A stretch of 62,993 nucleotides of DNA, filler included, from Chiloscyllium plagiosum (Eukaryota): assembly GCF_004010195.1 (NCBI RefSeq). It is 4 parts of one record of this genome, joined end to end, with 100 filler letters (N's around TTAATTAATTAA, not from the genome) between each part and the next. Parts side by side here need not be neighbours in the genome. Positions count along the whole stretch, not along the records: positions 21,104 to 33,582 come from NC_057717.1; positions 33,683 to 52,900 come from NC_057717.1; 2 more parts are not named here. One strand, written 5' to 3'. Made by a program: the position numbers and the translations under genes. Each line of letters starts with the position of its first letter. The first letter of the stretch is position 1. The notes under the pieces were generated by a model. The model was given only the letters and a program-made list of their open reading frames with translations. It was not told where the DNA came from and did no database searches. Below, piece after piece: positions 24,341 to 37,900 of the stretch.

Positions 24341-25319
24341 GTCATTAAAAAATAAAATGTTTAATTTATTCAGAACACCTGTGTTAAAATGAATGCATTT
24401 TTTAAAGAAATACAGAAATTGCTGGAAAAGCTCGGCAGGTCTGTCAGCATCCAGATGCCTTTTACATGCTGTAGTTCTACCAGCCTCCACCACTTCCTCT
24501 GGCAGCTCATTCCATATGCACGCCCCCCTCTGCGTGAAAAGGTTCCTCTTAGGCCTCTTCAAAATCTTTCCCCTCTCACTTTCAACCAATGCTCTCTAGT
24601 TTTGGACGCCCCTAACCTGGGGAAAAACCTTGACTACTCACCCTATCTATGACCATTCTGATTTTATAAACCTTTACTGCTGCGAAGTGTGACTGCAATC
24701 AACATGAATGGCTGTACTTTCAGTCATCCTGGGCCTAATTTCTGAAATTCAATACTGACACCTCTTCCTTTTCCATCAACTCCCAATTCTAAAACCATTT
24801 TAATCAGTTTATTCAGATCTATCATGAGACACTTCTGTGGGCTTTACACCCAGACCTTTGTGCCCGGAGGTAGGGACACTAGACTCACTCAGCAATACCC
24901 ATAAAGCTGTAACATTATTCTCCTGTGTGTTTGTTCATCAACCTGTTCTGACATGCTTTGACATGCCTCTGCACCAGGCAGGACTTGAATCCAGGCCTTC
25001 TAGTCCAGAGCTAGGAAAACTACCACACAAGTTCAGGAATTGGAATCAAATCCAGAGCTCTGGCTCAGAGACAGGGACACTATTCACTACACAACCATAC
25101 CCAGGTTTTGGGTCATATTTTAGTGCCTGCTTTCAGCTTGGTGTGGATTTATTATAATCAGGTTACCATTACTGAATTACAAAAAACACTGTATTATTAA
25201 ACAAATGCAAGATATTTGTCTCAACTGTAGGATGTTGAGTGCACGTGCTGTGCTATCGAAATTAACTATGAATGTCTTTAATCGCTATTATCTGTAGTCT
25301 GCAATATTAGTAAAATAAA

Positions 25320-25640
25320 TCCTGCAGACACACTCTGCACAATGGAGGGTCTCAAATGGATATGTATTACTGAACACCAGAGACGAAGGAAGAGCTTAAT
25401 TTCTAGTCCCAAAACACCGATCACTACTACCCACCTCTAACGTGCGTCTGCCCTCTTCGTAAAACCATGAAATGATACCAGGCGGCTAATTACTGTCCAG
25501 CCTTTCCTCCCCACTGACTGTGTCTGCAATCTGTCCCTCTCCCTCTAACCACACAAGGCAAACCAAGCTCGGGGTCTTTGTGAAAATCAAGGCCGGAGTG
25601 TGCAGGCATCCTGGAGAAGGAGATTGGCATTTTAAAATTG
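25320..25640 (-). pseudogene. Possible decayed Ig C1-like segment
   Basis: LGLPCVVRG...SQW followed in another frame by VISRLV. Confidence 0.25.
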
Positions 25641-25669
25641 AAGGGGGAGAGTGAGGTGGCAGTAATATA

Positions 25670-27165
25670 ACACACTGGGCTGAGGCGTGGCAGGTGGAGT
25701 TTAGTTTGGATTAATGCGAGGTTTTGGATTTGGTAAATCAAACAACAGCAAGACCTATACAATTAAAAGTAGGCTTTTGGCAGTGTTGGAGAACAGAGAC
25801 CTAGGCCGTCAGGGATAATTCTTTAAAATATGCATTTTATAAAGATAGTGTGATTAAGAAGGTGTTTTATACATTTGTCTGCAATGGTCAGACCTTTGAG
25901 TGTCGGAATTGGGACGTCATGTTGTGGTTGTACAGGATATTGGTGGGACTTCTTCTGGAATACTGTGTCCAGTCTGGTCACCCTGCCCGTTCATTCCATA
26001 GGCACACCACCCTCTGTGTAAAACGGCTGCCCCTTNNNNNNNNNNNNNNNNNNNNNNNNNNNNNNNNNNNNNNNNNNNNNNNNNNNNNNNNNNNNNNNNN
26101 NNNNNNNNNNNNNNNNNNNNNNNNNNNNNNNNNNNNNNNNNNNNNNNNNNNNNNNNNNNNNNNNNNNNNNNNNNNNNNNNNNNNNNNNNNNNNNNNNNNN
26201 NNNNNNNNNNNNNNNNNNNNNNNNNNNNNNNNNNNNNNNNNNNNNNNNNNNNNNNNNNNNNNNNNNNNNNNNNNNNNNNNNNNNNNNNNNNNNNNNNNNN
26301 NNNNNNNNNNNNNNNNNNNNNNNNNNNNNNNNNNNNNNNNNNNNNNNNNNNNNNNNNNNNNNNNNNNNNNNNNNNNNNNNNNNNNNNNNNNNNNNNNNNN
26401 NNNNNNNNNNNNNNNNNNNNNNNNNNNNNNNNNNNNNNNNNNNNNNNNNNNNNNNNNNNNNNNNNNNNNNNNNNNNNNNNNNNNNNNNNNNNNNNNNNNN
26501 NNNNNNNNNNNNNNNNNNNNNNNNNNNNNNNNNNNCTGTGTAACTGCAACATAAATTCCCAACTTCTGTACTTAATGTCCTGCCTGATGAAGGTCAGTGT
26601 CCCAAATGCCTTTTTCACTGCCCCGTCTACCTGTGACTCCACTCTCAGGGAACCGTGCACCTGAATGCTAAGGTCTCTCTGCCCACTATACCCCGTAGGT
26701 TACTCCCATGCACCATGGAACTCCTACCTTGTTTTGATATTCCAAAATGAAAGACCTCACTCCTCTATATTCAACTCCATTTGCCATTTCTCGGCCCACT
26801 TGCCCAACTGATAAAGGGCCTGCTGCAATTTCTGATAATCTTCCTCACTGATCACGCTACCAGTTATTTTAGTGTCATCTGCAAACTTATTAATTATGGC
26901 TTGTACATTCTCAACCAAATCATAGATAACAAACAGCTATGGACCCAGCCTCCGGTCTGACAAGCATCCTTCCACTAAATTCTCTGCTTTCTACCAACAG
27001 GCCAACTTTGTATCCAATTGGCCAAATCCCCCAGCATTCCACTCGATGTAATCTTAGAGAACAGCCTGCCATATGGAAACTTATAAGGCCTGACTGAAAT
27101 CCATAGAGACTACGTTTACCGCTCTGCCCAAATCAACCTTCTTGATCACTTCATCAAATCCTTCA
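25670..27165. mobile_element. CR1 fragments on both strands flanking an N gap
   Basis: LWLYRILVGLLLEYCVQ (+); VKKAFGTLTFI and VVSMDFSQA (-). Confidence 0.8.
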
Positions 27166-28062
27166 TTGTAAGATGATTCGAATACATAAGTAAAGCCATC
27201 TTCCTGCTGTTGTCGAGCCTTGCTGAGGGAGTATTTGGGGCACTCACGACAGATTTGATCTCCTTTGTAAGGGATGATCTCCTTACCGCAGACACGGGTG
27301 ATGGTAACATGAGGATAGAGTGAAGAGGTTGAGTGTTTAATATGCAGAGCTGTGAGAGTCGAAGAAATGATGATGCTGAAACACGAGGAGTGGCAGCGAT
27401 CACTTATTTCCAAAACAGACATTGACAGGGAGAGAAATTCCATACTTTACCCAGGATTGATTGGTTTGATTTATTGCCACGTGTACCTCAGTCCAGGGAA
27501 GCACTTTATTTATGAGCAGTGGAGGCAGATCATTGTTAGCATGGCCAGGCAGACCATAGGGTGGAAATAGACTTGGACAGAGTAAGGTACACAGGTTACA
27601 CTGAGCAGGACGAGCACGAGACAAGATCAACATGAGCTAGATCAGCATTATTTGAACTTCGACAGTTCATTCATCAGTCTAACGTGACTTTCCTAAGCGT
27701 TCTTATTCCTAAATTAACTCTCCCCACGTTATTGTGCAGTCGGCATGTGAACCCGTACTGAACGTCAGGTTGCTCACAATCCCCAACAGCAGCCACAATA
27801 CCTTCCATCTGAAACAGGTAGCTTTTCCCAACAGCTTCTGCCCTACATAGAGAACACCAGGCTGGCTTCTCGGAGATGAAAGATGCCTTCTTGAGTCTTC
27901 ATACAAGACATATGACTTCTCTGCTCACTGCTAGAAAACCACGTTAAAGTGTGTATCATGAGGAACGGAGCCAGGAGGAACAACATGGAACAGTCTGTCT
28001 GTGCAACCTCTGATCCACTTGTTCATCATGTTAGAGCATCATTTAGGAGACACTTAAGACTG

Positions 28063-28175
28063 TCGATGCTGGAGATCAGAGTAGAGAGTGGATTGCTGGA
28101 AAAGCACAGCAGGTCAGGCATTATCCGAGAAGCAGGAGAACCGACGTTTCAGGCATAAGACATTCATCAGGAATC
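28063..28175 (-). mobile_element. Penelope terminal fragment with a degenerate hammerhead
   Basis: GCTGGAAAAGCACAGCAGGTCAGGCA...; minus strand CCTGATGAATGTCTTATGCCTGAAACGTC. Confidence 0.7.
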
Positions 28176-28341
28176 AGCATAAAATTCCCTGTGTAAGGGC
28201 ATTGAGTGGGAATGGCCTCCTGCTGTTCCTGTGTAAGTGGCTCAAGAGACTGACTGGCTTCTTCCTCGTCCGATTGGACAAGGACAGGGGACTGACTGGG
28301 TTACCCCTGATTCCTGATTGACAGTTCGATGTGCTGACAAG

Positions 28342-28952
28342 TGTGACAATGCTGCAGCTTTAAGAGGTCATTTTTTCCTGGTTTCTTTTAAGAGAGAGAT
28401 TAAACGATTGTTACCAAGCTGGCTAGTTCAGACCACTTGAGTAAACAGCTAGCGAGGCCTTGGGTTTATTTTAATGCAGCCTGAATGGGTGTAACCAGTT
28501 CTCACAGATTAGGATCACTAGGTTTTGGGTGGGGTCTCCACAGAGTTGGATGTTTCAGGGAATGTCTCCTGGCTGCTACTCTCTCTGAATTTTCTCTTGA
28601 TGCTGTTTTCAATTCCTGAATTTCCTTTTTGCCGAGGGCTGTGTTTATGGGAATTTCTTATGTTGGACTAGTTCATTAGTAATAGCTACCAGATCTATTA
28701 TTCTGTTAAGTTGTCCAATTGAATTACGTTATTTTAAAGTACTCTTTCTTTGGTTTTATTTCATCTTTCGTGTTTAAGTAGATGGTGTTTTGCTTCACAC
28801 TGAGTAGTTTGACCAGTCACATTGCATCTGGAACAGACAGTTTACATTTTCTTTAAAATAAAAAAAATAGAATTCAAAGTTTGTGAGAAAACATTAGAGT
28901 CTAGGCTCCTGTCTTGAAATAGTTTCGAGGGGCTTTGGTGTGGTCCATCACA
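28342..28952 (+). mobile_element. Probable solo LTR (TG...CA, ~610 bp)
   Basis: TGTGACA...CCATCACA ends with near-TSD CAAG/CCAG. The ends resemble 62360-62990 in reverse. Confidence 0.55.
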
Positions 28953-30090
28953 CCAGACTCAATCTCTTCCTGAGTAATAGGCTGGAGGCACTGAATGGGT
29001 TGTCCCTGTTCTTCTCCAATAGTGTCAATGGGCTGAATGGCTTCCTCGTAGATGTGAAATCAACGTTAGATGCTGAATGAACTCTTGTTTTACTGTGGCA
29101 ATGTGCAGTGTCCGGTAGTGCTGTTACATGAATGCTACAGACATGTTAACAGCATAAGTTTCAATGGAGTCTGGGTCTTGCTGCACATGGACACAGGACA
29201 GTTCAGGAGCTGACGGAGGATAACATGTTCTAAACATTGTGGAATCTTCAGTGACCATACCCACTTTTGATCTTATGGTGGGGAGAGTGGAGGTGGGGGT
29301 GGGAACGAGGAGACATTGATGAAGTAGCTGAAGCTGTTTGTGAAGAGGAAGCTACCCTGAGGATCTCCCACAGAGGTGACCCAGGACTGAGATGATGAAC
29401 ATCTTCCTTTGTGCCATGTTTGACTCCAAACACTGGAGCGTTTACTCTGATTCCCATTAAGTCCAGTTTTGTTAAGTTCCTTGATGTCAACAGAAGTCAA
29501 CCACGGCCCTGATATCAGGGCCGGTCAGTTTTGCCTGAACCCTTCATATCAAAAATCCATGATATAGGAGCAGCAAGTGTTTTCTTCAAACAGGTGGTGT
29601 TGAATATCAGAACTTCTCTTCTCAAGAGTGTTGGGGAGCTAGATGACTGAAAGTATTTGAAGAGGAGGTAGATAGATTTTGACCTGTCAGAGAGGTGAGG
29701 GCTATGAGGAATTGGGCATTAAAGAGGATTTCAGGCCGAGAGCAGATCAGCCACAATCTTAGTGAAGGACAAGGCAGGCTTGGGGAGTGAACGACTTGCC
29801 ACTGTTTCTGATGTACTCACATTCTGTTATTGGAAAGTTAGTGGGTATTATTTTAATGAATGTTTGTTATTGAATTTTGCAGTCAGGAAGATCAGAGGAT
29901 TTTGTGAGCCATCGCTGGGTGCGGTATAGGGGCTGTATTCTCAGAGAATCTGGATCTATAACATGACCAACAAATGAAGCACAAGTTGCAGAGAGGGGAA
30001 ACTCTGTAAAGAGAAATGAGGGGCCTCTTTCATCCCTAGTCTGTGTTTTCCAATTACATTTCCCAAATCACCTCAAACCGTGTGTGACAG

Positions 30091-33000
30091 TCTTGAGAGG
30101 CTGAATGGTCTCCTTTGTTACTGTGCACCAAGTTATAGGAGTAAGTGGCCTCCAACTTTCCCTGTCTAGCAGGTATGAGGGGCTGAATGGAACACAGAAA
30201 CAGGACTGAGCAGCAGGAGTGGGTCATTAGAGACATTGAGCCTTCTCCACCAGGCACTAAGATTGTGGCTGATCAGGTTGTTGTCTCAGCCCCACTTTCT
30301 TGTCTGTATCCCATTATGCATGATTCACTTCTCTGTCAAATATTTACCGAACGCAGCTTTCATTCAATGTGACAACAGAGGCAAGATAAACTTCCAGGGA
30401 AGAGAATTCCGACTTGAAAGGTCCTTTCGGAATTATTCGTCATCCTTCTTATAGAATCAGAGAGTCATGCAGAACGGAAACAGACCCGTTAGTCCAATCT
30501 GTTCACTCCGATCACATATCAAATCTGACCCAGTCCCATTTGCAAGCATTTGGCTAATATCCCTCCTCTTTCAGATGCTTGTAAATGTGCGATTTTAACC
30601 GCCTTCAGCACTTCCTCTGACAGCACTTTCCGTACACACACCACTCTCTGTGTGAAACATTTATCTTCAGGTCCCTTCCAAATCATTCGCCCTCTCCCCT
30701 TCATCCTATGCCCTCTTGTTCTGGACTCCGCTATACTGGGAAACATAACGTGGCTGTTCAGAATATCCATGATCCTGAATATTTTATAAACCTCTGTAAG
30801 GTCACCACTCAGCCTCTGACACTCCAGGGGGAAACACCTCAACCTAACTAACCTCTCCCTCAAGCTCAAACCTCCAGACCTGGAACATCCGTGTAAGTCA
30901 TTTCTGCAGAAAACCGAGTTGTACGTAGTATTCTTAAAGTGGGCTCACCAACATCCTGTAGAGATGCATCATGCCACCACAACATCGTGGGCGGCACGGT
31001 GACACAGTGGTTAGCACTGCTGCCTCACAGTGCCAGAGCCCCGGGTTCAATTCCCGCCTCAGGCGACTGACTGTGTGGAGTTTGCACGTTCTCCCCGTGT
31101 CTGCGCCGGTTTCCTCCCACAGTCCAAAGATGCGCAGGTCAGGTGAATTGGCCATGCTAAATTGCCCAAAAGGTAAGGGGTGGGTTTCGCTTTGGGGGTC
31201 GGTGTGTACTTGTTGGCCCGAAGGGCCTGTTTCCACACTGTAATGAAATCTAAACTCCTATACTCTGACTGATTAAGGCAAATGTACCAAATGTGTTCTG
31301 CACCACACTGTCCCTTCAACTCCACTTTCAAGGAACAATGTACCTGCAGCCCTAGGTCCCTTTCTTCCACAACAATCCCCAGGACTTTACCATTAAGTGC
31401 ATAATTTCTGCCCTGATTTGCCTTCCCAAAATGCAAAACCTCATATTTATCTAAATTAAACTTCATCTGTCACTCCTTGCCCCTTTGACTCATCTATTTG
31501 TGGTATCGTTGTACTCTGAGATAATTTACTACTCCACCTTTCTGATGTAATCGGTAAACTTACCAACTATGGCCCCAATATTCACGGCTAAATCCTTTAC
31601 ATAAATGATGAACTGCAGTGAACTCAATACTGATTCTTACACTGCTGTTCACAAGCCTCCAGTCTGAAAAATATCCCTCTTCCTTCAAGCCAATTGTGAC
31701 TAGCTTCTTCTGTATCCCATGTGACTGAAATTTACTAATCTGTCTACCAATCAGAATGAAATACTAGCTATGAAGAGAGGTTGAGTAGGTTAGGTTTATT
31801 TTCACCAGAAGAAAAGGAGATTGAGGGGGACCTGATTGAGGTTTGCAAAATCATGAAGGGTATAGACAGGGTGGACAGAGACAAGCTTTTTCCCAGGGTG
31901 AACGATTCAATAACGAGAGGTCGTGCTTTCAAAGGGAGGGGTGGAAAGTTACACGCGGTAAGTATTTCACTCAGAGGGTGGTAGGCGTTTGGAACACGTT
32001 ACTAGCAGAGGTGGTAGAGGCAGGCAGGTAGATTCATGAAGATGCGTCTGGACAGATGCATGAGTAAGTGGGGAGCAGAGGGAGACAGATGCTTAAGAAT
32101 TGACCGACAGATTTAGACAGTACACTTGGATCGGCTCAGGCTTGGAGGGCGAAGGGCCTATTCCTGGGCTGTACATTTTCTTTGCTCTTTGTTCTATTAA
32201 ATGAAAACCTTGCTGAAGTCCCTATAGACAATGTCTACCAAACTGCCTTCACCAGTCTTCTTTGTCACCACTTCAAAAGACTCAGTCAAATTAATGAGAC
32301 ATGATTTCCCATGCAGAAACCTACGTTGTCTGCTCCGATCAGCCCTTGCCTTCCCAAATGTATGTAAATGTTATCCCTGACAATCTCCTCCAACAACACA
32401 CCCACCACTGACATCAGGCTGACCAGCCGATAGTTCCCCGGCTTTTTGGGTCACTGCTTCCTTTTTTAGTCCCACTCCTCCACTGCTCACAACAAATGTT
32501 AAATGTAACCAGGTTGGTGATATGGCCGATCATATCGGTCTCAGACTGGGTCAGGGTCAGTTTTAGGAACAAGTCAGGCTAGTTTGTTTAATCTGCTAAA
32601 ACAACACATTTATGATCCAGAGCAATGTTACTCAAACTATGATGGAAAGATGAATGGCAAACTCTTTGGGTATTGCAAATATATAATCAATATTTCACTT
32701 TCTAAAAACACTGACACACACACAATCTCTGCAATTTAACTTGAAAGAACTTTGTCCAGATAATATTGGAACTCATGACAAAGGAAAAATTGCAAGATTG
32801 TCTAAAACATTATTCTGCTTCTGAAGATATTGTACTCACACAAGCTGCTAGCAATGGGATTTCATCCTGGGAGAGTTGGATTTGGCGGATTTCCCTTTGC
32901 TTTAGGCAGTGAGGAGATTCCAGTGAATTCTGGTCAGGGATCACCCATAGGGGAGCACGGTGGTTAGCACTGCTGCCTCACAGCACCAGGGACTTGGGTT

Positions 33001-33582
33001 CACTTAGAGCCTTGAGTGACCGTTTGTGTGGAGTTTGTCCATTCTCCACTTGTCTGTATGGAGTTTGCACATTCGCCACTTTTCGGTGTGAGCTTCCAAA
33101 TTGGTGATCTAGTTTCCTACCACAGCTCAAACTGTGTAGGTTCGTTGGATTGCTCATGCTAAATTGTCCGTCGTGTTCAGCGATTTCTAGGTTAGATGCA
33201 ATAGTCAGAGGTAAATATAGGGAAATGGGTTAGGAAGGTTGGTATGGACTTGTTGGGCCGAAGTGCCTGTTTCAACACTGCAGGGATTCCAGAAAAATAA
33301 GAAAGGTAACGATGACTTTAGAGTTTTTTTTAGCTCGCACACATTGCTGGAATGAGGAACAATGAGGGAGAGAGAGTGAAATAGGCCATTCCTTCTCAGG
33401 CAGATTACATTTTCTCCCTCTCTGAGCTGAATCACACAATAATGTTATCCTCTCACAAACTGGACCATGTGAGGTCTCCTTGTACATTGTCCAAACTATG
33501 TCTCCATCACATTCCCTGTTCCATGTAGGTGCATCATTGTTGCTGTCATGCAGAGAGCCATACACTTTGCAGAAAATGGTCT
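30091..33582 (+). repeat. Segmental duplication copy 2
   Basis: Colinear with 21104-24335 and carries an extra SINE. Confidence 0.95.
30988..31250 (+). mobile_element. HE1-type SINE inserted after the duplication
   Basis: GGGCGGCACGGTGACACAGTGGTTAGCACTGCTGCCTCACAG with B-box-like GGTTCAATTCC. Absent at the paralogous site ~22030. Confidence 0.9.
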
Positions 33583-33869
33583 NNNNNNNNNNNNNNNNNN
33601 NNNNNNNNNNNNNNNNNNNNNNNNNNTTAATTAATTAANNNNNNNNNNNNNNNNNNNNNNNNNNNNNNNNNNNNNNNNNNNNGGGGGGGTAAAGTGGACG
33701 GGGTGACAGAGAGAGCGAGCGTGACAGAGAGACAGAAACAGAGACAGAGAGAGAGGCAAAGAGACTGAGACAGAGAGAGACAGAGAGACAGAGACAGAGA
33801 CAGAGAGAAAGACAGAGAGAGACAGAGAGACAGAGACAGAGAGAGAGACAGAGACAGACAGAGAGAAGG

Positions 33870-34790
33870 TGCGGCATGTCTCAGTGAGAGTGGTGGAGCA
33901 TGAGCCTTGTTCCGGAGTCGGTGCTATAACAGATATACAGTGAGTGTGAGGGAGCAGAGAGAATACGGTGATCCTTATCCTGACAGAGCGGGGAAGATTA
34001 TTGATGCTCGTCCTGTATTGCTGGATATTTCTTTAGACTGTAGATACTGCACTGAGCTGGGTGGGGAGCTTAGACCATGCTCGATGATGGGGCCCCCTCT
34101 GGGAAGAGAATGTTCCCCCTCTGTACTAGCCCATCCACCAGGACCTCTGTGCCCCTGACGACAAACTGTGGTGTAATTGTCCCTTATCTGCCATACTCAG
34201 GGTAAACTGTGCAGGGCAGCTCCTAACACAGAAAGCTAATGGCCTAATGGCCTTTTAAAGATGGCACCAGTGTCAGGGATCATGGAATATCCAGGACATC
34301 CGGGCGATGGTGAGTACCTCCAACCACGATGAGTGGGAGAATCGTGCTAGTATTGAATGAGAGGGACCCCATGGGGTGGGGTCTGGTAGTTAATGAGGTG
34401 AGTTCGATAAGATAGCACCAGGAAACTAGATCTGCCTCGTGCAGACAATCCCTCTGTCACACTCAAGGAAAATGGCACTGAGACAAATTATTGTTAGATT
34501 TAGCCCAATGAGTCAAAGACTCTGCAGACCCTTTTCCAAGATTCAAAGTTGCAGAACAAATACTCATCCAAAACTCTGCATCATCTGAACTCCCACCAAT
34601 ATCCTGTTCACCTACCCTTCCTGGAAACACTGGCTTATGTTACAGCATGCTGTTAAAAGGTTTTCATTTCAGCATTCTGAAACCTGGGAACACATCCTTC
34701 CATAACACTGCCTCTCAGTATCCCCCCACTGTATATTTCCCATATCCCTCCCATTTGTTATTGTTTAAACGGATTACCCCTCCATCTCTG
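33870..34790 (-). repeat. Low-copy unit A (paralogs B 48768-49390+52110-52315, C 54300-55300); possible decayed V-C1 IgSF gene
   Basis: Three colinear copies. The minus strand gives PFSLSVTEG, VSW, ARFS..EVLTIARM and ELP/VCTVY..VLVDG..SELT motifs across frameshifts. Confidence 0.6.
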
Positions 34791-34929
34791 TCTCTTTATG
34801 GCAGTGATATTCACACACACAACACCCCCTTGTCATGGCCAAATGGAGAGATGGAGCTGGAAATCGATGGGAGCTGCATATCCTGTCAGTTCCAGCATGG
34901 GCTGCAAGTTTCCCCACACTGGACAGGGA

Positions 34930-37900
34930 TCTAACACAGTGTTACTGAACACTGCACGAGGATGGTGTCCACAATCCTACATTCTGGAAGGGTAACTGCT
35001 CCTTGTGTACAGACCAATGCACTGGGGTGGTATACACTTCTCAACATACTGAGAGGGTAACTGCTGTGGTTTACAGATCAATGCACTGGGGAGGTGTACA
35101 CAGTCCTACATGCTGGGAGCGAAACTGCTCCTGCTTTACAGATCAGTGCACTGGGGTGGGGTACACAGTCCTACATGCTGGGAGGGTAACTGCTCCTGGT
35201 TAACAGATCAACGCACTGCGTTGGTGGGCACAGCTGTACATGCTGGGAGGGTAACTGGTCCTGGTTTACAGATCAATGCACTGGGGTGGTGTACACAGTC
35301 CTACATGCTGGGAGGGTAACTGCTCCTGGTATACAGATCAATGCACTGGTGCCGTGTATGGAATTCTACTATCTGGGAGGGTTACTGCTCCGGGTTTACA
35401 GATTAATGCACTGGGTGGTGTACACAGACCTACATGCTGAGAGGGTAACTACGCCTGAGTTACAGATCAATGCACTAGGGTGGAGTACCCAGTCCTACAT
35501 GCTGGGAGGGCAATTGCTCCTGGTTGACAGATCAATGCACTGGGATGGTGTACACTGTTCTACGTGCTGGGAGGGCAACTGCTCCTGGTTTACTGATCAA
35601 TGCACTGGGGTGGTGTACACAGTCCTACATGCTGCGAGAGGAATAGCTCCAGGTTTACAGATAAATGCACTGGGATGGTGGACACAGTCCTACATGCTGG
35701 GAGGGTAACTGCTCCTGGGATACAGATCAATGCACTGGTGTCATGCATGGAATTCTGCTTGCTGGGAGGGTTACTGCTCCGGGTTTACAGATTAATGTAC
35801 TGGGTGGTGTACACAGACCTACATGCTGAGAGGGTGACTACGCCTGGGTTACAGATCAATGCACTAGGGTGGAGTACACAGTCCTACATGCTGGGAGGGC
35901 AATTTCTCCTGGTTGACAGATCAATGCACTGGGATGGTGTACACAGTTCTACGTGCTGGGAGGGCAACTGCTCCTGGTTTACTGATCAATGCACTGGGGT
36001 GGTGTACACAATCGTACATGCTGGGAGAGGAACTGCTCCTGGTTTACAGATCACTGCACCGTGGTGGTGTGCACAGTCCTACATGCTGGGAGAGTAACAG
36101 CTCCTGGTTTAAAGATCAATGCATTGAGTGGTGTACACAGTCCTAGATACTGGGAGGGTAACTGCTCCTGGTTTACTGATCAATGCACTCTGGAGGTGTA
36201 CACAGTCCTACACGCTGGGAGAGTAACTGTTCCTGGTTTACAGATCAATGCACTGGGTTGCTGTACACAGTCCGAGATACTGGGAGGGTAACTGCTCCTG
36301 GTTTACAAATCAATGCACTTGGGTAGTGTGCACAGTCCTACATGCTGGGAGGGTAACTGCTCCTGGGTTACAGATCAATGCACTGGGGTGCTGTACACAG
36401 TCCTAGTTACTGGGAGGGTAACTGCTCCTGGTTTACAAATCAATGCACTTGGGTGGTGTACACAATCCTAGATACTGGGAGGGAAACTGCTCCTGTTTTA
36501 AAGATCAATGCACTGGGGAGGTGTACACAGTCCTAGATTCTGGAAGGGTAACTGCTCCTGGGTTACAGATCAATGCACTGGGATGTTGTACACAGTCCTA
36601 CATGCTGGGAGCGAACCTGCTCCTGGTTTACAGATCAGTGCATTCGGGTGGGATACACAGTCCTACATGGTGGGAGGGCAAATGCTCTAGGTTACAGATC
36701 CATGCACTGGGCCTGAAGCACAGTCCTACACGCTGGGAGGGTAACTTCTCCGGGATTACAGATCAATGCACTGGGGTGGTGTACACAGTCCTGCATGCTG
36801 GGAGTGTTACTGCTCCTCGCGAAAAGATCATTGCACTGGAGTGAGGTGCACAGTCCTACATGCCGGAAAGTTAACTTCTCCTGTTTTAAAGATCAATGCA
36901 CTGGTTTGTGGTACACTTTCCTACATGCTAGGAGGGTAACTGCTCCTGGTTTAAAGATCAATGCACTGGAATGGTGTACACAGTCCTACATGCCGGGAAG
37001 GTAACTGTTCTTGGGTTACAGATCAATGCACAGGGGCGTTGTACGCAGTCCTAAATGGTGGGAGTGTAACTGCTCCTGGTTTCGAGATCAACGCACTGGA
37101 TTTGGGTACACAGTCCTACATGCTGAGAGGGTAACAGATCCTGGTGTACAGATCAACGCACTGGGGTGGCGTACACAGTCCTACATGCTGGGAGGGTAAC
37201 TGCTCCTGGTTTACAGATCAATGCACTGCGTTGGTGTACACATCTCTACATGCTGGGAGTGTAACAGCTCCTGGTTTACAGATCACTCCAATGGGGTGGT
37301 GTACACAGTCCTACATGCTGGGAGGGTAACTGCTCCTGGTATACAGATCAATGTACTGGGATGGTCGCCACAGTCCTATATGCTGGGAGGGTAAATACGC
37401 CTGGGTTACAGATCAATGCACTAGGGTGGAGTACCCAGTCCTAAATGCTGGGAGGGGTATTGTTTCTGGTTGACAGATCAATGCACTGGGATGGTGTACA
37501 CAGTCCTACATGCTGGGAGGGTCACTGCTCCTGGTTTACTGATCAATGCACTAGGGTGGGGTGCACAGTCCTTATTGCCGGGATGTTAACCGCTCCTGGT
37601 TTCCAGATCAATGCACTGGGGTGGTGTATACACTCGTACATACCGGGAGAGGAACTGCTCCTGGTTTACAGATCAATGCACCGTGGCGGTGTGCACAGTC
37701 CTACATGCTGAGAAGGTAACAGCTCCTGGTTTAAAGATCAATGCATTGGGGTGGTGTACACAGTCCTACATGCTGGTAGAGTAACTGCTCCTGGTTTACA
37801 GATCAATGCAATGGGTTGGTGTACACAGTCCTACATGCTGGGAGGGCAACTGCTCCTAGGTTACAGATCAATGCACTGGGGTGGTGTACACAGTCCTAGA

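Noticed and set aside
27860..27906. GIFHLRE resemblance to a Link-module start
   Set aside because: A stop follows immediately and no Link cysteine pattern is present.
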